The notes below the pieces were generated by a model that saw only the letters and a program-made list of their open reading frames with translations, made no database searches and was not told the origin of the DNA. The translations under genes and the position numbers were made by a program. A stretch of DNA of 64,000 bases from an uncultured Bdellovibrionales bacterium (GTDB taxonomy: Bacteria > Bdellovibrionota_C > UBA2361 > SZUA-149 > DAOLCO01), in contig CAYGUX010000005.1 in the NCBI GenBank assembly GCA_964353175.1, forward strand, positions 84,373 through 148,372, written 5' to 3'. Positions 1 through 10,006 of the stretch are shown here, in pieces (the first letter of the stretch is position 1; the number at the start of each line of letters is the position of its first letter).

Positions 1-846
1 GCCAATAATAAAAACCTAGAATCCAGAGTACTGGGGTCATTAGGTAAATACATAGAAAAGTACGAAGTAAAAATCTATGCCTTTACCCTATTTGCTAGCC
101 ATGATCATTCACTAAATGATTTTAAACCCAAAACTAAATCTCACTTTTACAGAGACTTAGGAGCAAGAACAGCTGAAGCCGTTAAAAAGTATGTACCATC
201 CTTTGGAACAGGCTCAGTGTTTGAGAAAAGACCCTCAGAACAAGCCGTTACCAGTGATACAGAAAGTCACTTGGATAGACTTATGTACATAATCCTGCAA
301 CCCATCCAAGCAGGACTATGTAAGAACCTCTCAGACTACCCAGGGTTTAACTCCTATAAGTATATCCTTAGCGGAAAGCCCCTGAAGGTAGAGTTCTTTA
401 ATGCCACAGAGTATGGAAAGGCCAAGAGAAGGAAAAAGAATATAGACCCCGATCATTTTGTAGAAAGATACGAGATTAAGTTTGAAAAGATACCAGGCTA
501 TGAACATCTCTCTCAAAAAGAATATAGCAAAGTAATACAAGCAGAGTACGAACGTAGAAGGCTTAAAATCATAGAAGAGCTAGAATCTAAAGGTCACGTA
601 TGGTCAAGTAGAGAAGCTCTAAGAAAAACCAGATCTACAGACTTTGCAAAGAGTCCAAAGAGGCATAAAGAAGGATCTAGAGTACCCCTAGTCTTATCCC
701 TTTGTATGGAAAGAAGAGCAGAGTTCTTAAGCTACTACTTCTCAAAACTAGTAGCGTTTAAGAAAGCATCCCTTGCGTACTTGAGTGGAGATAGAACTGC
801 TGAGTTCCCGGAAGGAACATGTATCCCGCCTGGCCCATGGTGTTAG
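1..846 (+). mobile_element. HUH (Y1) transposase-like protein, 5'-truncated by the window edge. Resembles IS200/IS605-TnpA / REP-associated tyrosine transposase but is longer.
   Basis: The reading frame of the 217..846 ORF stays open back to nt 1. The upstream translation contains IYAFTLFASHDHSL, matching the HUH motif context (YxxTLMPNHVHLL) of Y1 transposases. A long basic C-terminal region follows. The element ends are not definable. Confidence 0.45.
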
Positions 847-1376
847 ATTAGAGTTTCATAGGCTCTAGGCGCGACAAACAATCAATCTACCAAAAGTAAT
901 TCTTACAAGATCTAGCGCTATGTCCTGAGTCCAATATTTAGGCGAGCTTTAACCGAAATTAGACCCTAAATCAAAGTTACTATATTAGATCTGGCGAATT
1001 TTTCAGCGGATGCCCGTAAAAATCAGTTTGAAAAAATTAAGTTTGTACAGGGCTCCGAGGCCTGTCAAATCTGAGATCTGTGATCACATGGATTTTAACT
1101 TCTTCTTCTATTCCTACCTTGTACATGTAATGAAAGACTCCTGATCATAAGTTTATCAATCTTAAGAAGGGAAATACGTCCCAATTCTACAGCAATAAAA
1201 CATATCCGCCAAAAACGCTAGGAAGAAAATTTAGGTAGAAATATTAAAGACTTAAAAATAGTTGGAAAAGCCGTGGAATGATGGTCTAATTCTATCGATT
1301 AAGGTAGATGGAATCACTATATTGCTCTTTATGCACTTAGTTGTCATAACCTCTCTAGTAACACCCTTGGATACTT

Positions 1377-2081
1377 ATGAAAGACAGCTACTCAGATCGA
1401 TTTGTCTCAATTGCTAAAGACTATGCCACACTTTGGAATGAGATTTTCTTAGAAGCAGGTTTTGATTATAGAGAATTGCAAAAATCAGTATTTACCTGTG
1501 CCTTGGACACTTTTCCTGATTTAAAGAAAAAGCGTATTCTGGATCTTGGAGTAGGGGACGGTGAAACAATTAAAGAATTCCAGGAATATGGATGTGAATT
1601 TCTTAGTGGGCTTGATCTCAATCCAATAATGTTGGAGGCTAGTCATAGACGCTTTGGTGAGAGTGTGAAATTAATACATGGGGATATTAGAGAATTGGGC
1701 CAATTTATAGAGCCTGGTTGTTATGATCTTATTATTAGCGGGGCAACATTTCATAACATAGCTAGAAATGATAGAGCTAATGTTTGGGATGAATTAATCA
1801 CCTTAAAGCCTTCATGTATAATCTCTGGCGATAAGATTGCCGATACCGATGCACTCTTACATGCTCGGTATTTGAATATAGAAATGGAGGCAATTATTAA
1901 GGTATACAAAGATCGTCATAACTTAGTTAAGGAGTCAGACGAATGGATTGAGCACTATATTGTAGATGAAAGGGAGAAGCTATATTTAGAAGAGATCGAT
2001 ACAGCTCTTAGTAAATTCTATAATACATCATTAGTCTTCGAAATGGGGATGTATAAAACATTAAAATGTAACTTGTTTTAA
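1377..2081 (+). CDS. Class I SAM-dependent methyltransferase
   Basis: Motif I ILDLGVGDGETI (DxGxGxG) and an acidic post-I residue. Rossmann-like layout, 234 aa. Confidence 0.65.
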   Translation: MKDSYSDRFVSIAKDYATLWNEIFLEAGFDYRELQKSVFTCALDTFPDLKKKRILDLGVGDGETIKEFQEYGCEFLSGLDLNPIMLEASHRRFGESVKLIHGDIRELGQFIEPGCYDLIISGATFHNIARNDRANVWDELITLKPSCIISGDKIADTDALLHARYLNIEMEAIIKVYKDRHNLVKESDEWIEHYIVDEREKLYLEEIDTALSKFYNTSLVFEMGMYKTLKCNLF

Positions 2082-3143
2082 AGTTACTACCTGACCATTT
2101 TCAATTTTCTTTATTACTTGCCTTAAGCCTTCAATATCTCCGTTCTTATCAAATTTATATTTACCAAATACACCAGAAAATTCATTATTATAAAGAAACT
2201 CTTTCGGATCTTTTCCACTTTCAATTGCCAAGTGCATCACCTTAAAAGCTTCTAAGGTTGTATAAATGACTAAATCCCAGGCATTTGGTTTCCCATGTTT
2301 ATTTATATATTTTTCCAGTATTATAGAATCTGATTTATTTAACCGATCTTTGATCGAAGGAAAGTCGGAAAATATAATACCTTCAGCATTACCTTTAGCA
2401 AGATTCAAGAAAGAGGAACTTCCTGGGTTATAAGAGCCATATATAGGAATATTATAGTTAGATTCCTTTAGCTGTTTTAAAATTACGGCAAATGAAGCCT
2501 CTGTATTGCTATTAATAAATAGGCTATCTACTTTTTGTTGTTTTAGCTTTAAAATAAGAGATTTAAAGTCATTATCAGCGCTTAAGTAAGGCTGAGTAAA
2601 GGTAGAAAAGTTCGCACTACGAGAATAATTTAGAAAGGCATCTAATAAATCGACAGAATAATCAGACTGCTCAGTTAATATCCCAAGTTTAGAATGTCTT
2701 TCAGAAATATAATGAAAAAGTATTTCAGCGTTAATCGTGTCATTTGGCGCGGTTCTAAAGATGTTATCTGCCGCAGTTGATATGTTGGGAGAAGTGGCAA
2801 GGGGGGCGAAAACAATTGTTCCAGCTTTTTGGTAGATCGATGCAGTTGAAAGTACGGTAGCGCTACAATTGCCGAATACATAACTAACCTTATCTATATT
2901 TATTAATTTATGAGCCACTGCTACGGCCTCTTTTCCTTCGCATTTATCGTCTTCCACAACAATATCGTATTTATCGTTTGCGATTTCGTGGTTGGCAAAA
3001 AAAACCGCATTCTTAATGTCTGTTCCAAAGGTTGCAGCTGGTCCAGACAGAGCAGTAGAAACGCCTATCTTAATCTTTTTGGTCTCAGCATTTGCAAAGG
3101 TGGAAAAAATTAAGAGCAGAATGAATAACAATATTTGTAGCAT
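2061..3143 (-). CDS. Periplasmic solute-binding protein, Leu/Ile/Val-binding (LivK / Peripla_BP_6) family. Start adjusted to the internal Met that begins the signal peptide.
   Basis: The ORF track gives 2061..3257. The signal peptide MLQILLFILLLIFSTFANA begins at the ATG at 3143. The mature protein has KIKIGVSTALSGPAATFG...DIVVEDDKCEGKEAVA, typical of branched-chain amino-acid-binding proteins. No permease or ATPase genes are adjacent. Confidence 0.65.
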   Translation of the reverse strand: MLQILLFILLLIFSTFANAETKKIKIGVSTALSGPAATFGTDIKNAVFFANHEIANDKYDIVVEDDKCEGKEAVAVAHKLINIDKVSYVFGNCSATVLSTASIYQKAGTIVFAPLATSPNISTAADNIFRTAPNDTINAEILFHYISERHSKLGILTEQSDYSVDLLDAFLNYSRSANFSTFTQPYLSADNDFKSLILKLKQQKVDSLFINSNTEASFAVILKQLKESNYNIPIYGSYNPGSSSFLNLAKGNAEGIIFSDFPSIKDRLNKSDSIILEKYINKHGKPNAWDLVIYTTLEAFKVMHLAIESGKDPKEFLYNNEFSGVFGKYKFDKNGDIEGLRQVIKKIENGQVVTLKQVTF

Positions 3144-3328
3144 AATTAAATGAATGTTACGGGGTAACTCTAAAGGGGCACGATAGGATATTCTTGAGGG
3201 TATTGTCAAGATGATTAGACTGGTGGGATGGGTAAAAATCATAGGTATTACCATCATTATAGAAGTTCTTGTTGAATAGCAGGTACTAAAGCTTGTTACG
3301 CTTTGGAAAATAGTTATAATACTAACCT

Positions 3329-3958
3329 ATGACTAAGCAACTTGTTTCTTTTTTTGGTAATCCTGATTCTACTCATTGTTTTCAGGCTGTTATTAAGATG
3401 GCCTTAAAATATTATTTCCCAACTGAGGATTATTCATGGGAGGAGTTGGTTAAGTTAACTGGAAAGAAGGCTGATAAGTGGACTTGGCGTACGCGTGGTC
3501 TAATAGAGTTACAAAAGAGAGGAATGGAGGTTGTTAACTGGGGGAATTTCGATCATAGAAAATTTGTTGAAAGTGGAGCGGATTATTTATTTTCTTTATA
3601 TGGCCCAGAGAAAGCCAGAATCCAGATCGAACATTGTGATCTGGACTATGAAATAGAAAATGCAAAGGCGATGCTTGATGTTGTAAAGACTACCTTTGGC
3701 CTGCCTACATTGGAAGACATTAAGCATTTGTTGGATTGTGGTTACTTAGTAATATGTAATGTCAATTCAAAGATTTTGAATGCGCAAGAAGGGTATAGTG
3801 GACACTTTATCTTAATATATCAGATAGAAGGCAATCATGTAGTTATGCATGATCCTGGACCACCTCATTCCCCAGATAGGAGAGTGTCATATGAAGATTT
3901 TATGAAAGCTTGGGAATATCCGAATGAACAAGCGAAAAATCTAATTGCCTTACGTTGA
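3329..3958 (+). CDS. Papain-fold C39-like peptidase domain protein (Peptidase_C39_2 / BtrH-like)
   Basis: N-terminal Cys in NPDSTHCFQAVIKMALKYY (the CxxAxxxMxL pattern of C39 peptidases) and a C-terminal His/Asp pair in SGHFILIY...HVVMHDPG. No signal peptide. Confidence 0.4.
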   Translation: MTKQLVSFFGNPDSTHCFQAVIKMALKYYFPTEDYSWEELVKLTGKKADKWTWRTRGLIELQKRGMEVVNWGNFDHRKFVESGADYLFSLYGPEKARIQIEHCDLDYEIENAKAMLDVVKTTFGLPTLEDIKHLLDCGYLVICNVNSKILNAQEGYSGHFILIYQIEGNHVVMHDPGPPHSPDRRVSYEDFMKAWEYPNEQAKNLIALR

Positions 3959-4103
3959 AACAACTACTATTAGTCTACTTACTATCTTAACGCGCTTGCG
4001 GAAATCTAATCCTTGTTAATTTAGTCTCAGAGTCACTTGACAATATCGTGGATAGCCTTGGTCATTATGGCGCATAGGTGTTAGTGGTAAGGAGAATAGT
4101 AGC

Positions 4104-4523
4104 TCAAAAATAAACGGAAATAGCTGGCATCCATGATATCACTATTGGTTCTTCAGTTTGCTCTCCATTGATTCCAAGGGGATTAATACCTCTACTTTTT
4201 AGAGTTTCAATAGATCCAACAACTTCTTCATAAGACACACAAAAAGCAAAATACCCTTTTCCACTAACTACAGGTGGACTAGCTTGCTCTCCCCAAATAC
4301 CCAACATCCCAGTTAAAGAATCATTAATCCAGAAAAAAGTTACATCTCTCTCCTCTATTTCTTTGGCGACAACAAGACCTAATACTTCGCAGTAAAAGCT
4401 TCTTGAAAGCTTTCTGTCTTTCACACTTAAGTGAGTTTCGTAAATTCCGCTTGTTCTAAAAAGCATGGCGACACAATGGTGCTTCTCTATATATTTTCTT
4501 GAGAGATGATTTCTACACCTCAT
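4104..4523 (-). CDS. VOC (glyoxalase/bleomycin-resistance) family protein
   Basis: Small beta-alpha-beta-beta-beta-like protein with HLSVKDRKLSRSFYCEVLGL, typical of vicinal-oxygen-chelate fold proteins. Confidence 0.4.
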   Translation of the reverse strand: MRCRNHLSRKYIEKHHCVAMLFRTSGIYETHLSVKDRKLSRSFYCEVLGLVVAKEIEERDVTFFWINDSLTGMLGIWGEQASPPVVSGKGYFAFCVSYEEVVGSIETLKSRGINPLGINGEQTEEPIVISWMPAISVYF

Positions 4524-4758
4524 GGGCTCAATAATAGTATATAAATAGGTCGTAAGGAAGAGACACCTTGCTGTTAATTGACGATCATAACTAATTAAAC
4601 CTAAATTTGCGGTAGTTTTGGCTATTTGTAGCCCCTTTTATACTATCGATAATATAACATTATCAATAGTTATAAAATATTACGGATATGCTAGACTATA
4701 AAATTGCGCTCATCCACGTATAGTTGGGATCTTGGAGGGTTTGCTGGTGGGGGGCAGA

Positions 4759-5181
4759 CTATTCCAATATATACCTTCTCACTACCTCATCCACAATATC
4801 CTTCATAGAAATACAAGCCAATGGATATCCTTCATCATCAACTATAGGCACGTGCCGAAATCCGCCTTCTGACATGAGTTGTAGTGAAAAGGCTAATGGG
4901 CTGGTCATTTTTATTGTGATTGGGTTTTTGGTCATGAGTGTATCTAGTGAGGCACTTAGAATTTCACTATTGCCTACGACTTTTTTTAGGACATCTCTTT
5001 CAGTAAATACTCCAGTTAAAAGTCCAGATGAGTTAATCACTAATATCGCCCCACCTTTTTCATTCTTCAGGATCTCTATTGCTTGCTCAACTGAAGTATT
5101 TTCAGCCAACAATAAAGGAGGGGGGGGATTTAGGAGTCCTACACTTTGACTAAGGTCAAGGCCTTTGGAATTTGCAATCAT
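4759..5181 (-). CDS. CBS-domain pair protein
   Basis: Two CBS-like repeats (LLTGVFTERDVLKKV... and ISMKDIVDEVV), 140 aa. Confidence 0.65.
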   Translation of the reverse strand: MIANSKGLDLSQSVGLLNPPPPLLLAENTSVEQAIEILKNEKGGAILVINSSGLLTGVFTERDVLKKVVGNSEILSASLDTLMTKNPITIKMTSPLAFSLQLMSEGGFRHVPIVDDEGYPLACISMKDIVDEVVRRYILE

Positions 5182-6728
5182 TTTGTCTCCTTATTAGGTT
5201 CTTGTTCTGACCATTCGCAATCAATATTTTCTAAAGCTCTTATTTCAAATCTATCCTCATCCCAGAGATAGGCTAAGGTAAATGGACCTTTTTTATTTTC
5301 ATTAAAAGTATATTTATTGTCTTTTCTAAAGACAACGACTCCTGGGAAAACTTCTTTTTGTATATTCAGTCTCGAAATTAGATTTTTTTTTGTGCTATTA
5401 CTCAAGATCTCTTTTTCTTTCTCTAATTTCTCTATCTTGGTCTTAATTTGTTCTAATAACTGAACAGAGTTTTTAACTTTTTCTTTGTGAACACTAGCTA
5501 GATTAACAAGTTCTCTTGGATTACTTACATATGGCCCAAGAAATAAGCTCAGCGATTCCTCTCTAAGCTTCAACCTATTGATCTTTGCTTCAAGTTCCAA
5601 AAAATCTTCGCCAGCTTCTTCTATCGGTAGAAACTCAATCTCGGTGTGTACTTCTGAAGAATTCCCTAAACTTACTACAGATATCCCACATACTGTTCTG
5701 GCTTTTGAGGCATAAAGAGAACCACCTATAGAAATTTGGCTACCAGAAGAAAGGATACTCCTCACTGCATTAGTGCCGATGCTAATAGAGCGCCCTGCAA
5801 AAATTGCTTGGCCTTCGAGCGCCTTGGCCTGAACATCAAATCTCGCTTTTACCCATTTGAAATCATAGTACTGTAAATTTGTAACGATTGCACTTTCATT
5901 CTCTGATCCGACGACATTCCCATCGATGTTAATTGACGCCTCTTTAGACTCTAACTTTGCGTCGAATACATCACCCTTGATTATAATTTCATCTCTACAG
6001 TACACCTGAAAGCCCCGCATCACAGAGCCTTTAATATTTGCTCCACCAATAAAGTCTAGGCTTCCAGTACCATGATCGATGTCGGATCGGATATGGTAGA
6101 TTGTTTCGACCTTTAGATTATATATCTTCTTAGCATCAGTCGCGCATACTAGATAACCATTTTTAGCTGAAATAAGTTCTTTGTAGGAGTGCTTAGATGC
6201 GGGGAGTAGGGTAAGTGAGTCATCCTGCTGAAATTGAGCTTCTAAGCCTTCTATCGCTTTTATTGGTCTACCGAAAACATCAATTCCGTCTGTACCAAGC
6301 ACTGGTGGATAAATTCTGGCAACTGGCTGTCCCTCTGTAACGCTATCAAACCGTTTTTGAAAGCGGTCCCATAATTTGTATTCTCCCTCAAATACTGGCG
6401 TAAATGGTTTTACCAAAAGAATTAATTTACCATCACGACCTGGGGTAGATAATCGGCCTTTAGCGATTCTGCGCTCTATAGGCTTGGCGTCACTTAAAGC
6501 ATATTTTAAGGCATCCTTTAAAGCTCTATCATCTATAAGATCTATAGCTAATATTTTTTCAATCCAGTCACATATAAAATTTTCTAAAGTTTCGGCTTCA
6601 ATTAGGTTTGCTTCTATTTTGGGGGAGATGAGTAAGAATGCTTTAATAGATTCTTCTCTAACTTCGAGCGTAGCTGATACGAAATCATTCTCTTGTTTGA
6701 ACTGTTGGTCTTTTTTATTATCTGACAC
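5178..6728 (-). CDS. FapA-like (DUF342) beta-solenoid protein
   Basis: YPPVLGTDGIDVFGRPIKA and IRSDIDHGTGSLDFIGGANIKGSVMRGFQVYCRDEIIIKGDV match the FapA N-terminal and solenoid repeat pattern (GkdGvdvfGepi ... GNIdFdGnVvIkGdV). A C-terminal coiled-coil follows. Confidence 0.55.
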   Translation of the reverse strand: MSDNKKDQQFKQENDFVSATLEVREESIKAFLLISPKIEANLIEAETLENFICDWIEKILAIDLIDDRALKDALKYALSDAKPIERRIAKGRLSTPGRDGKLILLVKPFTPVFEGEYKLWDRFQKRFDSVTEGQPVARIYPPVLGTDGIDVFGRPIKAIEGLEAQFQQDDSLTLLPASKHSYKELISAKNGYLVCATDAKKIYNLKVETIYHIRSDIDHGTGSLDFIGGANIKGSVMRGFQVYCRDEIIIKGDVFDAKLESKEASINIDGNVVGSENESAIVTNLQYYDFKWVKARFDVQAKALEGQAIFAGRSISIGTNAVRSILSSGSQISIGGSLYASKARTVCGISVVSLGNSSEVHTEIEFLPIEEAGEDFLELEAKINRLKLREESLSLFLGPYVSNPRELVNLASVHKEKVKNSVQLLEQIKTKIEKLEKEKEILSNSTKKNLISRLNIQKEVFPGVVVFRKDNKYTFNENKKGPFTLAYLWDEDRFEIRALENIDCEWSEQEPNKETK

Positions 6729-6827
6729 AAGATATCATGAATATGTGTTTTTGGGCCCCTATGCCCGATAAGGTTACTTATCGGGCATAGGGGGTGGTCC
6801 GCTTAAGTAGCTGTTATTATGTGCTTT

Positions 6828-8030
6828 CTAGACCCATTCAAAATTCTTCAAAGCCTTTTCAGCATCTTTGCCTCCGATTAATTCGAGAGCAACACCTGCA
6901 GCGATCCTAACATCTTTATCGGCATCTTTTAGTTTATCTATTAGTTTACTGTTCGAATTTTGTGAGTCGGGCCCTATTTTCCCTAATAATGTACATGCGG
7001 CCTTTCTAACGTTGGGATGATCGTGGCTTAGTAAATACTCAATTTCGCTATTTAGCTCATTCGCTTCTTCTTCTATCTTATTTAAAGCATCGCATAACAT
7101 CATTGGAATTTTCCAGTGATTATCCTTGAATGCAAATTTAATTTCCCCTAATTGGTTGTTGGAGTTTTTAGTAAGCACATCGTATAAGGATGTTGCCGCA
7201 TTTTCTCTGACGGCCTTATCTGGATTTTTCAACTGCTTGGCTATAGCCTCTACATTCGCTATAGGCTTATACCTAGACCAAGCTTCAAGAGCCTCTTCTG
7301 TTCCAATCTTTCTTAAGGCTTCTGCAGCCGTCCATCGTACATCAGGATCATTGTCATCGAGTAAGCGTGCTAAATGTTTTACGCCCTTACTGACTTCTGG
7401 CGAGGCTCTAAGATTACCAATCGCTCTAGCTGCCTCTAATCTTGTCAATAAGTCACTATCGTCTAAACTATGAATTAAATGCTCTAACAGAGATATGGCG
7501 ATTGGCCCCATATTCCCAATGGCAACAATGATACCCCTTCTAACCCTTGGGCTTTCGCTACTAATGCCCTCTTTCAAATAAGGTAAGGTATCAGGCCCTA
7601 TGATGCTAATGGCCCAGGAGATCGCTTTATGGAGCTCATTCTGTTGGTTGTTGAATAACCTTATTAGTTTATCAATAGCGGTAATGGAATCTGGTCCAAT
7701 CTTACCCAAAGAATAGACTGCGCCTTTAATCTCATTATCACTGGTAGAATCTAAAATCTCACTTAATCTAATAATTGCCGGCTTAATTTTTGCGCCAATA
7801 TCCCCTAGTGCTGGTATGGCAGCTGCCCGTACTAGGTCTTCTGAGTCTTTGGTGGCATTGATAATTGCCGGTACCGCCTCAGCAAAAAACTCATGGGTCT
7901 TTCTCAGGTGGATAAGAGAAGTAATAGCTCTTAACCTGACTTGCCAATCGACACTATTGAGATCCTCTACCTTAGATCTCATTTCTTTTAATTCCCGATC
8001 CAATGCCAGTTCTTTTGCTTCGCTACTCAT
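6828..8030 (-). CDS. HEAT-repeat (PBS-lyase-type) protein
   Basis: Multiple ~30-aa repeats of the form DxxVRxxAAxALGxIG (e.g. DPDVRWTAAEALRKIG, SPRVRRGIIVAIGNMG). Confidence 0.6.
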   Translation of the reverse strand: MSSEAKELALDRELKEMRSKVEDLNSVDWQVRLRAITSLIHLRKTHEFFAEAVPAIINATKDSEDLVRAAAIPALGDIGAKIKPAIIRLSEILDSTSDNEIKGAVYSLGKIGPDSITAIDKLIRLFNNQQNELHKAISWAISIIGPDTLPYLKEGISSESPRVRRGIIVAIGNMGPIAISLLEHLIHSLDDSDLLTRLEAARAIGNLRASPEVSKGVKHLARLLDDNDPDVRWTAAEALRKIGTEEALEAWSRYKPIANVEAIAKQLKNPDKAVRENAATSLYDVLTKNSNNQLGEIKFAFKDNHWKIPMMLCDALNKIEEEANELNSEIEYLLSHDHPNVRKAACTLLGKIGPDSQNSNSKLIDKLKDADKDVRIAAGVALELIGGKDAEKALKNFEWV

Positions 8031-8226
8031 TCTATCGTTATTCCAGATGTTGTATAATTATTGTTACCTGTTTAATCTGATACGGAAAAATTCAAACTGA
8101 GAACATAATCTGCTTACTCAATAGTAAGAGATGTGTTATCTATGTACCAAAAGACCGCAACATTTTGTAATATTAGGGCAAATACTAAGTTTAAGATGCT
8201 CTTAACCTAATATAATATCAAAAAAA

Positions 8227-9381
8227 ATGGATATAGACGACAATAAAATTAAGTTATCTGGGAATCCAACACCATCATCTGGAACTGATAACAATATCGT
8301 CCTACCAATTAGAAGTGGACAATATGAGGATTCTTCTAACCTTGATTTCATGTCTAACATCAATCAACGTGGAGTTAAAAATATTTATGATTGTGAGCTA
8401 GATGACGTAATTTCTAATTATGTGCTTTATTATGCTAGCGGTGAAGGCCATACCGCTAAGGCTAAACGGTATGACTTACATTATTTTCTAAAGTTCCTAT
8501 CAAGTCCAACAAACAAGAATGTATTGGTTAGAAATTGGACCATGCAAGCAACGAAGGATTTTATTGATATAAGGTTAAACAAGGGAGAAGCTCCTTCTAC
8601 CGTTTCAAGACGTCTTGCAACAATTAAACATTTTGGTAGAACTCTTTCGGATAGAGTACCTGGTTTTATTAATCCTGCAAAAGAAGTAAAAGCACCTTCA
8701 TTTAAACAGGATCGTCCCCAAGGATTGACCATAGAAGTTGTGGAGCTCCTAAAAGTGAGTGCTATTACTATTTTTGAGGAGAAGCAACATGCATTCCCCG
8801 CATTCAGAAATATGGTTCTATTGGAGCTTTTGTTAGGGACTGGGTTAAGGGCTGACGAAGTGCGACTACTAAAACGTTCGCAACTTACAGATGACAATAC
8901 GTGGTTAAAAAACGTTAAAACTAAAGGTAAGAAGTTTAGAGATGTCTATATTCATGAAGGTTTAAGCCCACTTCTATTAGAGTATCTAACAATTTCGCAA
9001 GAACACCTAGTTCACCTATTCCCCATTACTTCATCCTATTCAAATAGTCAGTGGCTTAATTTCCCTGTATTTATCAGTACTCGGAATGGAGTGACGGATG
9101 ATCCTGTGAGCTTTACACTCGCACCTAAAACGTTATGGAGAGTTATTTCGGAAATAGGAAAGAAAGCTACATTGCTTTCTGAAGATGAGATTCCTAATCT
9201 TCACCCCCATAAGCTAAGACATGCCTTTGCTCATGGGCTATTAAATTCATCTAATGACATAAGGCTAGTAGCGCAAGCTTTGGGTCACAGTGATGTTAGA
9301 ACCACTATGAGATATACCGAAAGATCAAAGGAAGAATTAAAGAAGGCAATAGAGATTTCTCAAACAAAGAGAAATCTCTAA
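8227..9381 (+). CDS. Site-specific tyrosine recombinase / integrase (phage-integrase family)
   Basis: C-terminal catalytic signature HKLRHAFAHGLL ... LGHSDVRTTMRYTE (the R..H-x-x-R..Y tetrad context). N-terminal SAM-like core-binding region. Confidence 0.8.
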   Translation: MDIDDNKIKLSGNPTPSSGTDNNIVLPIRSGQYEDSSNLDFMSNINQRGVKNIYDCELDDVISNYVLYYASGEGHTAKAKRYDLHYFLKFLSSPTNKNVLVRNWTMQATKDFIDIRLNKGEAPSTVSRRLATIKHFGRTLSDRVPGFINPAKEVKAPSFKQDRPQGLTIEVVELLKVSAITIFEEKQHAFPAFRNMVLLELLLGTGLRADEVRLLKRSQLTDDNTWLKNVKTKGKKFRDVYIHEGLSPLLLEYLTISQEHLVHLFPITSSYSNSQWLNFPVFISTRNGVTDDPVSFTLAPKTLWRVISEIGKKATLLSEDEIPNLHPHKLRHAFAHGLLNSSNDIRLVAQALGHSDVRTTMRYTERSKEELKKAIEISQTKRNL

Positions 9382-9407
9382 AGCTTTAAAAGGTTTTTAA
9401 GCTTTAG

Positions 9408-9923
9408 TTATAGTAAAGATCCTATAACAGAAAATGCTTCATCGTAGTTTGGTTCAGCTGAGACCTCAGAGACGTACTCTACATGAACAATTTTACCACT
9501 CGTATCAGCTATAAAAACTGCTCTAGCTAATAGGCCAGCTCCTTCCATGTCAACGCCATAGGCTTTCCCAAAAGTTCGATATTTGTAATCGCTACCTACT
9601 TTAATATTTGAAAGCCCTTCAGCTCCACAGAATCTATTTAATGCAAATGGAAGATCCCTACTCACACATAAAACAGTCATAGCTTGACCAAGAGAGTTTA
9701 CTTTCTCATTGAACTTACGTGTCTGAACCTGGCAAGTTGGAGTGTCCACGCTAGGCACTACAGAAAGCACCAAAATTTTAGTATTGAATTCCTCTGATTT
9801 TATGTCTTTTAAATCAGAACCGCTTAGTATGAAATTTGGTAAGGGATCCCCTACTTTCAAGGATGATCCGACTACTTCAACTGGTTCTCCATGTAGAGTA
9901 ATTTTTGTATTTGTTATGGCCAT
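9408..9923 (-). CDS. tpx: Thiol peroxidase Tpx (atypical 2-Cys peroxiredoxin)
   Basis: Near-canonical Tpx N-terminus (VKVGDPLPNF) and peroxidatic Cys motif SVDTPTCQVQTRKFN. 171 aa. Confidence 0.88.
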   Translation of the reverse strand: MAITNTKITLHGEPVEVVGSSLKVGDPLPNFILSGSDLKDIKSEEFNTKILVLSVVPSVDTPTCQVQTRKFNEKVNSLGQAMTVLCVSRDLPFALNRFCGAEGLSNIKVGSDYKYRTFGKAYGVDMEGAGLLARAVFIADTSGKIVHVEYVSEVSAEPNYDEAFSVIGSLL

Positions 9924-10006
9924 AAAAATTGTTTAATTAGGTAAATTGGTAATACCTAATATTAGCTAAATTTATGGCTTAAGGCAAAATGTAATTGCGT
10001 AGTTAA

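Noticed and set aside
4724-5149. 141-aa plus-strand ORF
   Set aside because: It lies entirely antisense to the well-supported CBS-domain gene (4759..5181) and has low-complexity, non-protein-like composition.
7126-8100. Plus-strand ORFs of 115 and 94 aa
   Set aside because: They are antisense to the HEAT-repeat gene, and their Ala/Ser-rich translations mirror the repeats.
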